Assembly: GCF_902713615.1 (NCBI RefSeq)
Contig: NW_024055720.1
Coordinates: forward strand, 186,001-250,000
Direction of reading: 5' to 3'
Origin: Scyliorhinus canicula
Taxonomy: Eukaryota
DNA: 64,000 nt
Positions 36,500-47,371 of this stretch are shown here, in pieces (positions within the stretch are counted from its first letter, which is position 1; the number at the start of each line of letters is the position of its first letter). Made by a program: the position numbers and the translations under genes. Under the pieces are notes generated by a model. It did no database searches, was not told the origin of the DNA, and worked only from the letters and a program-made list of their open reading frames with translations.

Positions 36500-39190
36500 G
36501 AGAGGATGAGTGAGTAACTGAGTGAGGGTAGGAGAGTGAGTGTGGGTGAGTGAGTAACTGAGTGAGGGTAGGAGAGTGAGTGTGGGTGAGTGAGTAACTG
36601 AGTGAGGGTAGGAGAGTGAGTGTGTGTGAGTGAGTTGGCTGATTGAGGATGTATTAGTGTTGATGAGTGGTAGATCAGGGTGAATGACTGAGTGAGGGTA
36701 AATGGGCGAGGCTGTGTCACCGAGCACGAATGAGCCAGGGTAGGTGAGGGAGAGTGAGTGAGACGCAGGGAATGAGTGCCGCTGGGTGAGTGAGGTTGTG
36801 TAGTGAGAGTCAATGAAGATGAGTGAGCGAGGGTGGGTGAGTCAGGGGGTCGGTGAGTGAGTGAGCTTGGGTGAGTCGGGGGTCGACTGCTGGTGAGTGA
36901 ATGTAGGGGGTGAATGAATGAGGGGGAGTCAGTGACCGAGTGAGGGTGAATGAGTGAGGATGATTGAAGGAGGATGTATGAGTGAGTGCGGGTCAGTGAG
37001 TGAGGTGCGTCATTGAGAATTAGTGGGTGTGTGAAGGTGAGTGAGGATGTGTGAGTGGCAGAGAATGAGTGTGGGTGGTGGGCGAGGGTGGGTGTGTGAT
37101 GGTGGTTGAGTGAGTCAGGGTGAGTGAGGGGATGGGTGTGGGTAAATGAGGGTGTGTGAGGATGGGTGGGTGAGTGAGGGTGAGTGATAGTGGGTGACAG
37201 AGGGTAGGTGCGTCTGGTGAGGGTGGCTCATTAAGGGTATATGAGGGAATGTGAATGAGTGAGTGTGTGTGAGTGAGGAAGGGTAAGGATCTGAGAGTGA
37301 AGGTCTTAAAGAGGGTTGGTGCGAGTCTTTGTGAGGGTGAATGAGTGAGGCTGGATGAGTAAGTATGAATGAGTTAGGGTGGATGTGTAAGGGAACATTC
37401 GAGAGCGATGGTGGGTTGGAGGGTGAGTGAGTGAGTGAGTTAGGGTGGGTGGTGGTATTTGAGTGAGGGGGAGAGTGAATGTGTCAGTGAGGGTGGGTTA
37501 CTGATTGAGGGTGCGTGAGGGTGGGTGTGTGAGTGTGGGTGAGTGAATAAGCATGCGTGAGGGTGGGTGAGTGAGGGTGTGTGAGGGTGGGTGTGCGAGG
37601 ATGGGGGGTGAGTGTGGGGGGGTGACTGAGTGAGGGGGAGAGCCTGAAGGAGAGTGGGTGAGGATGAGTCAAAATGTGCGTTGGTTTGAGGATGTGTGGC
37701 TGAGAGTGTGTGAGTGAGGATGAACGAGTTAGGTTGGGTCTGAAAGGGGGAGTCAATCAGGGCGAGTGGTGGTGAATGAGGATGGGTGACTGTGTGTGAG
37801 GGTGAGGGAGTGAAAGTGTGTCAGGGTAGGTGAGTGAGAGTGTGTCAGGGAGGGTGGGTGAGTGTGTGTGTGTCAGGGTGGGTGAGTGAGAGCGTGTCAG
37901 GGAGGGTGGGTGAGTGAGGGTCTGTCAGGGAGGGTGGGTGAGTGAGGGTCTGTCAGGGAGAGTGCGTGAATGAGTGTGTCAGGGAGGGTGTGTGAGTGAG
38001 AGTGTGTCAGGGAGGGTGGGTGAGTGAGGGTCTGTCAGGGAGGGTGTGTGAGTGAGAGTGTGTCAGGGAGGGTGGGTGAGTGAGAGTGTGTCAGGGAGGG
38101 TGGGTGAGTGAGGGTCTGTCAGGGAGAGTGGGTGAGTGAGAGTGTGTCAGGGAGGGTGGGTGAGTGAGCGTGTGTGTGTCAGGGAGGGAGGGTCAGTGAG
38201 TGTGTGTCAGGGAGGGTGGGTCAGTGTGTGTGTGTCAGAGAGGGTGTGTGAGTGAGAATGTGTCAGTGAGGGTGGGTGAGTGAGAGTGTGTCAGGGAGGC
38301 TAGGTGAGTGTGTTAGGGAGGGTGGGTCAGTGAGAGTGTGTCAGGGAGTTTGCGTGAGTGTGTGTGTGTCAGGGAGGGTGGGTGAGTGAGAGTGTGTCAG
38401 GGAGGCTGGGTGAGTGAGAGTGTGTCAGGGAGGGTGGGTGAGTGAGAGTGTGTCAGGGAGGGTGGGTGAGAGAGTGTGTGTCAGGGAGAGTGGGCGAGTG
38501 AGAGTGTGTCAGGGAGGGTGGTGAGTGAGAATGTGCCAGGGAGGGTGGGTGAGTGAGTGTGTGTCAGGGAGGGTGGGTGAGAGTGTGTGTGTCAGGGAGT
38601 GTGGGTGAGAGTGTGTGTGTCAAGGAGGGGGTGGGTGTGTGAGAGTGTGTCACGGGGTGGGGGGGGGGGTGTGAGAGTGTGTCAGGGAGGTGGGTGAGTG
38701 AGAGTGTGTCAGGGAGGTTGGGTGTGAGAGTGTGTCAGGGAGAGTGGGTGTGTGAGAGTGTGTCAGGGAGGGTGGGTGAGTAACTGTCTGTCAGGGAGGG
38801 TGGGCGGTGAGTGTGTGTCAGGGAGGGCGGGTGAGTGAGAGTGTGCCAGGGAAGGTGGGTGAGTAACTGTCTGTCAGGGAGGGTGGGTGAGTGAGAGTGT
38901 GTCAGGGAGGGTGGGTGAGGGAGAGTGTGTCAGGGAGGATGGGGGGTGGTGAGAGTGTGTCTGGGAGGGTGGGTGGGTGAGAGTGTGTCAGGGAGGGTGG
39001 GTGAGCGTGTGTCAGGGAGGGTGGGTGAGTGAGAGTGTGTCAGAGAGGGTGGGTGAGAGAGTGTGTCAGGGTGGGTGTGTGAGAGTGCGTCAGGGAAGGT
39101 GGGTGAGTGAGTGTCAATGAGTGATGGTGAGTGAGTGAAGGTAAGTGAATGAGTGAAGACAGGTGAGAGTGAGTGAGTGAGTGAGTGACC
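36500..39190. repeat. G/T/A-rich low-complexity tract with a ~26-28-bp minisatellite core (37800-39110)
   Basis: Unit approximately gtgagtgagagtgtgtcagggagggtgg, with three GGG tracts per unit and very few C on the plus strand. Confidence 0.9.
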
Positions 39191-40127
39191 GTAGGTGAGT
39201 GATCATTCCCAGGTTCTCCCAGCCCATTAGGACGATGTTTCTCTGGATGAGTTTCCGCTCAGGCTCAGCTTTCCGATGCCTGTTGTCCACAGCCGAGCTG
39301 GGGGCTCCTCCATTCGGCTCCACCACCCCCACCTCTTCCTCTTCCTCTCCATCGATCCTGTCCTGATTCTCCACATTGATCAGCTTTCAGTAACACCGGC
39401 TGTGTGCAGTCAGACAGCAGTGTAGATCACTGGGCAGCTGCTTTAATACTGTCAGTAACACCGGCTGTGTAAAGTCAGACAGCAGTGTAGATCACTGGGC
39501 AGCTGCTTTAATGTCGATGTAATTTAATTTTCCACAAAACAATTTAGAACTGGGACAATAAACATTCCTGTAAATTTGCTGATTTTACTTTTGCAAATGG
39601 GATTTTTCTGCCCGTTAAATTCTTGTCATATTGTATACGGAGAGTGTGTTGTGTTTATTCATTATTGTGATGTAGGCGTCTGTGGCTGGGTCAGCATTTA
39701 TTTTCCATCCCTCATTGCCTTTGAGAAGGTGGTGAGCTTCCTTCTTTAACCAGTGCAGTCCATGTGGGGTTTCCCCGAGTCAGTTCCATGGTTTTGAACC
39801 AGCGGCAGTGAAGGAACGGGGATATATTTTATAGTCATGATGCTGAGTGACTTGGAGTTGAGCTTCCAGTTGGCGGTGTTCCCATGTGTCTGCTGTCCTT
39901 GTCCAGATGGCCGCTGTCATGGGTTTGGAAGGTGCTGCCTCAGGAGACATGATGATCTTCCACAGCGGATCTTTAGATGGTGGGCAGGCTTTGGGGTGTC
40001 AGGAGATGAGTTTTTCACCTTTGACCTGTTCTTCTGGCCTCAAATTTTATATGACTCGTCCAGATCACTTTCTAGTCCATGTGAACCCCCAGGAGGTTTC
40101 GAGTGGGGATTCAATGATGGTAATGCC

Positions 40128-41076
40128 TGTAGCCATGCTGGCCACGCAAAATGGACACTGAGCCAAACTAAAATAGAAGACTGCTGGGAAACAGACAGTT
40201 TAGCCAGAACAGCAGTCTGCAAAGAGCAGTTTGCATTCTGCAGCAGCAGAAACCAGTTTGGGCTCAGGTGAAAAGACCTTAGCTAGGTGCAAATGGCAAA
40301 ACACTTTGCATGCTAATGAGGCCATCAGACTTGAACACCCACACAATAGATACATTTGGTTCTGAATGGACACATTCTAATCAAGACCCAGACATCGAGG
40401 CACCAGAAACTTCCAAACAAAAGGACATAAGAAACGCCCCCTCCATCACGGAGACCCCCTCGCATTGGGGAATTAATCCAGTATCGATAAGAAATTGATC
40501 CAATAGGTAGAGCCCGCCCGAGAAGAGGGAAGGACAATGGAACCCCTATAAAAGATAGGGACCTCGTGTTGTCCGGTCTGTTAAACCCGTGCTCCGGCTC
40601 TGACTGACATCTTGCATCCTGACTCCAGCCGTTGAGCACCAGCCGCCGAAACCGTAAGTTCAAAGCTCGCTACACGATCCAAGCCCACTAGACTCCCAAG
40701 TACCAGAACGCTTGCTGAAGGCTGCAGTGCCAGACCAGGACGAAGGCCTCGTTCTCTGACCTTGCCTGTTCCTGTTAGATAAGTATTCTGTTTGCTTAAG
40801 TTTAGTTATAGCTTAGTCTCTTAGTGTGTGCATGAGTATTTATTATAACTGTATAATAAATATTGATCGTTTGAACTTTACTAATCGGTGTATCGTCTTT
40901 ATTACTTTGAACTTGACCTTGGAATACTTGTGACGTTGCCTATACGGCAACTGGCGACTCCAGAGCTAAATAATTACATAGAACAGAGCCTAGCAGTGTT
41001 AAGCACACGTCGAACTCGGAGGCGTGTTAATACACTCCAATAAACGCGTTTTACGCCCATAGTAAAACGTGCAACA
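40128..41076 (+). repeat. 5' LTR
   Basis: TG...CA termini, TATA-like cctataaaa at about 40545, AATAAA at 40855 and 41039. I found three substitutions versus the 3' LTR by eye (40411, 40664, 40674). Confidence 0.97.
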
Positions 41077-41081
41077 TTTAG

Positions 41082-41100
41082 TGGCGACATCCGCCGGGAC
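41082..41100 (+). other. Primer-binding-site-like sequence TGGCGACATCCGCCGGGAC
   Basis: Starts 5 nt after the 5' LTR with TGG, complementary to tRNA CCA. I could not assign the cognate tRNA with confidence. Confidence 0.6.
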
Positions 41101-41395
41101 CCTGTTGTAAGTGGAAACACCACAGTGTCCAGGACCCTGAAATTTGAATTAGAACTCCAAATTGCAGAGAAAGAAAGAGATCACAAGTATTCAAGGTGTT
41201 CAAAATAATAAGCGAAATTCGGAAGTGTGTTTAGTGCATGCGTACTAACAGGGCTGTAAGGTAAAACTGAAAGCTTTTTGTTGCGACAAACTTTCGGTAG
41301 TTTTGTGATCGGAAAATAGCGTAAGCCGTACCCTTTTTACGAAACACCACCCCAACAACCCCCTGTTCCAAATTATAAAAAGAGAGTCAGAGGAA

Positions 41396-43144
41396 ATGGC
41401 CATGCAGGCAATGGAACGTCTGATGGATCCAGCAAAGTTTGTGGTCGCAGCGACCAGCAGCAGTAGCAGGGTAGGCCAGTGTCCCACGTGGGAGCTGGAA
41501 CTCCGCAAATATTTACAAGGAAAGGGATGGCCCCTTTGGAAAGAGTTTTGTGCAAATGAGGAGACAGGTCCCGGGAGTATAGGTCATACTTGGTGGGAGA
41601 ACCTCTCTCAAATACACAAAAAGAGTTTAGGTAAAGCACGCAAGCCGATGGCAATTGTGTCCTGCTTGGCACAGTTGCGAGGCGCAGAGGAGGTCATCAG
41701 GACGCTCCGGGCAGATTTAGAGGAAAGGAACCGAATGAGTAAGGTCGATGTCAGGGACGTCGAGAAAGAAAACCTGGAATTAAAAGGGAAGTTGGCAGAG
41801 AAGGATAGAGAGGTGGATGATGCCAAGAGGGCTCACCAGTCTTGTCTAGCTCATCTGAGCAGTTCCCAGACCCAGTATGAGAAAGCCTATCAGGACGTGC
41901 AACGTGCCGTTCTGATAAGACAGGAATCGGAAAAGCAGGTGGAGGCATTGCAGAGGCAATGTTCCGATCTCAAAGCAGCTTTGAGAGCACTCCATGCTGC
42001 AACAACCGAACAAAGACAAAGCACAGTTGACCACGCGAAATGCAGGAAACAGATTGCGGAACTGCAATCTCTGCTTTCGGTGCAGAATGGCTTCCAAAGC
42101 ACCTTTGGAGCTCAGTTAGATGGGGAAAATGCCCCAGATTGGCAGGAATTAAGCGAGACAGCGCAGCGTTATGTTCAGGGAACATGTGCGCCCGCAGCTC
42201 AGCAGAAACGACAGGCACCCCAACCCCCCACAGCTCAGATCATAACCGCACCCATGAATCCCGTAACCACACAGAGGAAAGCCGAATCAGAAGGCGCCCC
42301 AGACATAACTTACACCACCCCTTTAACAGTAACCCAGCTAAGGGACGCTTGTGAAAAGATCACTCCGTTCCTCCCCACCGCAGACCCCCACCAGTTCTTC
42401 GCTAAAGTAAAACAGCAGGCTACCATGTACGGCCTGGATGAGAGAGAGCAGGTTAAGCTCACCGTGCTGAGCTTAGACCAGAGCGTAGTAGCAGCCCTCC
42501 CCGACCCACAAAACGTGGCAGGAGGCAGCCTAGAGGAGATACACACTGCCATTTTAGATGCCATCGGGTACAATAGAGGTGACCCCGTAGAAGGATTGAA
42601 TAAGTGCAGGCAGAAGAGATCCGAACACCCCACAGCATTCGCAGGAAGGCTGTGGATTCATTTCAGCGCAGTTTTCGGACAGCTAGATAGAGCGCATTTA
42701 ACCCGCGAAAACATGGTTAAGTGGACGCGCACAATTATCTCACACGCAACAGAAGCAGGACAGAGCGCTTGCAACAGTTACGACCCCTCAGAAGAGGCCC
42801 ATAACGAGAAATGGGTCCTGAAAAGATTGTCCCGCGCTTGGGAGCAATCGCTTCAGGCAAAAGGAAAGGTTAGATCCCCAGAAGAGGCTCAGGCTGCTGC
42901 AGATATCCAAGCAGTCAGAGAGCACCAGAAGCCCGCATGGGTAAATGACGGCAAGAGCAGCCCACAACAGAAAGGACAGGAATGCTATAACTGTGGACAG
43001 TTAGGGCATTGGGCTAAAGAGTGCCAAGCACCCCAGCGATCTCAGAGAGGCCAGCAGACAGGCACTCTGAACCGCAACAAAGCAAAACCCATCCACAATG
43101 TAGCAGTACAGTCAGGACCCACCAATGTGGACGAGACGAACTGA
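41396..43144 (+). CDS. gag: Gag, 582 aa, with a long coiled coil and one CCHC zinc knuckle
   Basis: Open ORF after the leader. CYNCGQLGHWAKEC at 42983-43024. No N-terminal Gly2. Ends in TGA. Confidence 0.9.
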   Translation: MAMQAMERLMDPAKFVVAATSSSSRVGQCPTWELELRKYLQGKGWPLWKEFCANEETGPGSIGHTWWENLSQIHKKSLGKARKPMAIVSCLAQLRGAEEVIRTLRADLEERNRMSKVDVRDVEKENLELKGKLAEKDREVDDAKRAHQSCLAHLSSSQTQYEKAYQDVQRAVLIRQESEKQVEALQRQCSDLKAALRALHAATTEQRQSTVDHAKCRKQIAELQSLLSVQNGFQSTFGAQLDGENAPDWQELSETAQRYVQGTCAPAAQQKRQAPQPPTAQIITAPMNPVTTQRKAESEGAPDITYTTPLTVTQLRDACEKITPFLPTADPHQFFAKVKQQATMYGLDEREQVKLTVLSLDQSVVAALPDPQNVAGGSLEEIHTAILDAIGYNRGDPVEGLNKCRQKRSEHPTAFAGRLWIHFSAVFGQLDRAHLTRENMVKWTRTIISHATEAGQSACNSYDPSEEAHNEKWVLKRLSRAWEQSLQAKGKVRSPEEAQAAADIQAVREHQKPAWVNDGKSSPQQKGQECYNCGQLGHWAKECQAPQRSQRGQQTGTLNRNKAKPIHNVAVQSGPTNVDETN

Positions 43145-46100
43145 CGGTGTTCGGGCTCCCCCACTTGGGTCTGTGACACACTATGGGACTCATCAGGGAG
43201 GCCCGTAGTCACGGCAAAAGTCAAAGGGAAGCCCATAGAGTTACTGTGGGACACAGGAGGATCCCGCACCACCATTAACTCCACAACCACGGCACACTCA
43301 GACACGTGGCCGACCACCTCCACCATCACACTTAGCGGGTTCACCGGACACTCGCAGCAGGGACATATCACAGCACCCGTAGCGATCCAGCTAGGGAACA
43401 TTAGCACAAGGCACCCCGTAGTTCTAGTAAATCTTCCCCGGACAGCAGAGCACATCCTGGGGATAGATTTTATGAACGCTCACAGCTTGTCGTTCGACCC
43501 AGTGAACCAGTGTGTCTGGCGAATGGCGAGATCAGACAGAGCCCCAGCCACCCTCACAGTAGGAGACTACGCTAATCGGATTAGCGCAGTGGGAGAGTAC
43601 TCATTCGACCTGACTACACTCCACACCGACAGACAAATTAAGGCCCTACTAAACAAACACAGGACAGCATTTGCAAGTCACCGTCATGACTGTGGCAGAA
43701 TGACTGGACAAGTTCATGTTACCGGACAGGACCCCCGACCGCAAAAGCAATATAGATTTCCCCTCGAGGCAGAGGTGGAAATAGAAAAAGTTATAGGTAG
43801 CTTGTTGGACCAAGGTGTACTGAGAACGGTAGCCTCCACCAACAATGCCCCTATTTGGCCAGTGAGGAAGCCCGATGGATCATGGCGTCTGACCATTGAT
43901 TATCGGGAACTCAATAAAGTAACCCCCGCAGTAGCCCCAACGGTAGCTACTAGTCCCGAGACCATGCTCAAGCAGGGTCTCAACGCCAAGTACTTCACGG
44001 TATTGGACATCAGTAATGGATTCTGGTCAATACCATTGGCAAAAGCGTGCCAATACAAATTCGCATTCACTTTTAAAACACAGCAGTACACGTGGACATG
44101 CCTCCCACAAGGATTCCACAATTCACCCTCCATTTTCCACCGACAGCTGGCAAGTGGATTAGAAAAATTTTCCCGACCCGAATGTCTGGTACAGTATGTA
44201 GACGACCTACTACTGCAGACAGACACAAAGGCAGAGCACATTTCGCTTCTGGCCGAACTCCTGGAACTCTTAACTGAAATTGGCTGTAAAGTTAACCCGA
44301 AAAAGGCCCAAATATTCGAAAGTAAAGTGATGTATTTGGGATCAGTCATCACGCACGGCAAACGCGAGATCGAATTCAAAAGAATTGATTCGATTGTCAA
44401 ATTGCCCCTTCCCCAGAATGTTTCAGCCCTCCGGTCGTTTTTAGGACTGGTTGGCTATTGTCGGAACCACATCGACGGATTCGCGACAAAAGCCGCCCCA
44501 CTTTCAGACCTCCTTAAGAAAGGAGCCCCCTGGGAATGGCTTCCGCAGCATACAGGCGCTGTGGAAGAGTTGAAACGAGCCCTTAGTGCAGCACCCGCGC
44601 TGCTAGTCCCCGACCAACTTTCACCGTACGCAATCGAGGTAGCTAGCACAGATCTAACCCTCTCGGCCGTGTTGCTTCAAGAACGGCACGAGCAGCTAAG
44701 ACCAGTGGCTTATGCCTCCCGACTGTTAGACCCGGTAGAACAAGGATTTTCAGCCTGTGAGAGGCACCTCCTTGCTGTCTTCTGGGCAGTGCAGTATTTC
44801 TCATACATCACCGGACTAAACCCCATCACCATTCTAACCGAACACACACCCACACAGCTACTACTAGACGGTCGACTGAAGGGCGGTTCAGTTAGCCAGA
44901 TTAGGGCAGCTAGGTGGACCCTACTTTTACAAGGACGGGACATTACTGTAAAACGGACACGCACCCACACATACTTAGCAGACAACCTCCAATACCCCGG
45001 ACAACCCCATGACTGTGAAATTGTAGCTCCCCTGCATAACACAGGACCCTTTTTAGCAAAAACACCCCCCAGGAAGATAGGGAACCCGAAACAAAGCCCC
45101 CAGCCCACAGACACGTGTGGACCCTTGAGGATTTATGTAGACGGTTCCTCCACAGTTTTAAATGGTGAGCGTATCACAGGATGCGGCATCTATGTAGAGG
45201 ACGCGCAGGGGCGCGCTCTCGAAGAGATAGCTCTTAAGTTACCAGGTCACTTAGGCGCGCAGGCAGCAGAGCTAGCAGCCATAGCGTACATAGTGGACCA
45301 CCCCGATTCTTTCCCCAGCCCAGCAGACATATATTCAGACAGCTTATATGTATGCAATAGCCTAACAGATTTTCTGCCCCTGTGGAGGACACGAGGTTTT
45401 GTCTCCGCAGACGGAAAACCCCTTCCATCAGCCCCCTTACTCCAGCATATCCTAGAGAAAGCGAAGGACAGGACCTTCGGCATAATAAAAGTAAGAAGCC
45501 ACCATAGGTCATCACCCCCTGGGAATGTAAAGGCCGACGCGTTGGCTAAGGCAGGTTCCAGGAGAGGACACTTATGGACCCCCCCTGCTAGCGCACCAGC
45601 TAGCGCCCCTGTGAGCGCAGTCCAAGTCTCACAGACTGATATTAAAGATCTCGTGGCAGCACAGAAACAGGACGGAGACCTCAGGGAGGTTTTCAAGGGA
45701 AACTTTGTGCCTGCTTACGAGCACTTTAAACACGCACTGACCACACATGAGGGTGTGATCATTAAGGACCAACTTTATGTGGTCCCACAGCAGGACAGGA
45801 ATCAGATGATTGCCTTGTTCCATGACGGACACGGGCATCAGGGAATTGATGCAACAACGAGGCACCTCAGGCAACTCTGTTGGTGGCCTAATCTCAGGAA
45901 TGATGTAACGCACTACATAGAGAATTGCCTGATTTGTGCTCAGAATAACCCGGAGAGGTATTCTAAGAAAGCACAACTTCGGCATACTCGCCCAGTTAAC
46001 GGCCCTTGGACAAACCTCCAGATCGACTTTATAGGTCCATTGCCCCCTTGTAGGAATGGCTATAAATACGTTCTGGTGGTGATAGATACCTTTACCAAGT

Positions 46101-47371
46101 GGGTAGAGGCATTTCCCTCACGAACAAATACAGCAAAGACAGCTGCAAAGATCCTGACCCACCACATCTTCACGAGATGGGGTTTACCCCGAAGTATCGA
46201 TTCGGACCAGGGATCTCACTTTACAGGACGGGTCATGAGGAACGTCCTGACAATATTCGGAATCAAACAGAACTTCCACATTGCGTATCATCCACAGTCC
46301 AGCGGGATTGTGGAGCGCATGAATCGGACCCTAAAAACTACCCTCAGGAAAATGGTCCAAGAGAATAATTCCACATGGGATTCAGTGCTCCCATTTGCAC
46401 TTATGTTCATAAGGAACACTGTCTCCACATCGACAGGATACACACCACACACACTCATGACCGGACGCCCTATGAAAGGTACAGAATTCCTTTTAGGACT
46501 GGACATGACAAGCCCCGAATTGACGGCCCTCACACATGAAAAGGCAGTTAAAGATCTAGTTGAGACTGTGAGGTCTGCACAGCTCGCAGCCGCAGTCCAG
46601 CTAGGGAAACGCCGACAGCAACGTACTGCCTGTTTCAATAAGACCGTACACACCACAGAATTCCAGGTTGGGCAACAGGTAATGTTATCTGTTTATAACC
46701 CCAGCAGTTTTTTGGCTCCAAAATATTCCGGTCCCTACTCAATTTCGGACAAAATTAGCCCCTCCGTTTACAGGATAAAGTATCCTAATGGGAAGACCGC
46801 GTGGTTCCATATAAACCAGTTAAAGGCATATGGAACACAGGCCAACCATGCTCACCATGTCCTGCTGGATGCAGCAGAACACTTCACCCCGCCCACCAGA
46901 GACACTTTTCCACCATCCCCCTCACAGACCAGTTCATCAACGGACTCGCCAACGACTCCGCCCACAGACCACTACAGACCACGCCCCGACACGCCCACAA
47001 GCTGCCACAGCAGAGACAGCAGGACTGACACTGACTCTGAAGACAGCGACACCACACAGCCATACAGCCCACACTGCACCAACTACGACCCCGACTCCAG
47101 TGACCCCATGGAAGTCACCTACCTCAAATATCCAGAACCACCACCCGACCCCGACTACCCCGACAACACACTCGACGCTACACAATGGCACAGGGACAAT
47201 TCCTACAGACTTGTCCGCAATGACGAGAGTGACCCCCGGTCACACAATTCCAAAATAGCATGCCTGATCCACACAAGGGTGTGGGATCCGGGAGAGCAGG
47301 ACGACACGGTGTCTGACTCCCGACACGGCAACCCCTTTGTGACCCTGTTCACAGAGGCAGAATCAAAGTGA
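43145..47371 (+). CDS. pol: Pol (protease, RT, degenerate RNase H tether, active RNase H, integrase, C-terminal extension), in frame with gag
   Basis: No stop from 43145 to 47368. Protease LLWDTGGS. RT LDISNGFW, LPQGFHNSP and YVDD (44195-44206). Tether PVAYASRLL. RNase H YVDGS/AELAA/YSDS/NVKADALAK. Integrase HHCC, D-D-E core and GPY. Confidence 0.95.
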   Translation, partial: RCSGSPTWVCDTLWDSSGRPVVTAKVKGKPIELLWDTGGSRTTINSTTTAHSDTWPTTSTITLSGFTGHSQQGHITAPVAIQLGNISTRHPVVLVNLPRTAEHILGIDFMNAHSLSFDPVNQCVWRMARSDRAPATLTVGDYANRISAVGEYSFDLTTLHTDRQIKALLNKHRTAFASHRHDCGRMTGQVHVTGQDPRPQKQYRFPLEAEVEIEKVIGSLLDQGVLRTVASTNNAPIWPVRKPDGSWRLTIDYRELNKVTPAVAPTVATSPETMLKQGLNAKYFTVLDISNGFWSIPLAKACQYKFAFTFKTQQYTWTCLPQGFHNSPSIFHRQLASGLEKFSRPECLVQYVDDLLLQTDTKAEHISLLAELLELLTEIGCKVNPKKAQIFESKVMYLGSVITHGKREIEFKRIDSIVKLPLPQNVSALRSFLGLVGYCRNHIDGFATKAAPLSDLLKKGAPWEWLPQHTGAVEELKRALSAAPALLVPDQLSPYAIEVASTDLTLSAVLLQERHEQLRPVAYASRLLDPVEQGFSACERHLLAVFWAVQYFSYITGLNPITILTEHTPTQLLLDGRLKGGSVSQIRAARWTLLLQGRDITVKRTRTHTYLADNLQYPGQPHDCEIVAPLHNTGPFLAKTPPRKIGNPKQSPQPTDTCGPLRIYVDGSSTVLNGERITGCGIYVEDAQGRALEEIALKLPGHLGAQAAELAAIAYIVDHPDSFPSPADIYSDSLYVCNSLTDFLPLWRTRGFVSADGKPLPSAPLLQHILEKAKDRTFGIIKVRSHHRSSPPGNVKADALAKAGSRRGHLWTPPASAPASAPVSAVQVSQTDIKDLVAAQKQDGDLREVFKGNFVPAYEHFKHALTTHEGVIIKDQLYVVPQQDRNQMIALFHDGHGHQGIDATTRHLRQLCWWPNLRNDVTHYIENCLICAQNNPERYSKKAQLRHTRPVNGPWTNLQIDFIGPLPPCRNGYKYVLVVIDTFTKWVEAFPSRTNTAKTAAKILTHHIFTRWGLPRSIDSDQGSHFTGRVMRNVLTIFGIKQNFHIAYHPQSSGIVERMNRTLKTTLRKMVQENNSTWDSVLPFALMFIRNTVSTSTGYTPHTLMTGRPMKGTEFLLGLDMTSPELTALTHEKAVKDLVETVRSAQLAAAVQLGKRRQQRTACFNKTVHTTEFQVGQQVMLSVYNPSSFLAPKYSGPYSISDKISPSVYRIKYPNGKTAWFHINQLKAYGTQANHAHHVLLDAAEHFTPPTRDTFPPSPSQTSSSTDSPTTPPTDHYRPRPDTPTSCHSRDSRTDTDSEDSDTTQPYSPHCTNYDPDSSDPMEVTYLKYPEPPPDPDYPDNTLDATQWHRDNSYRLVRNDESDPRSHNSKIACLIHTRVWDPGEQDDTVSDSRHGNPFVTLFTEAESK

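Noticed and set aside
40325-40663. 112-aa antisense ORF in both LTRs
   Set aside because: No recognisable motifs and a non-ATG start. Its presence in both LTRs only reflects LTR identity.
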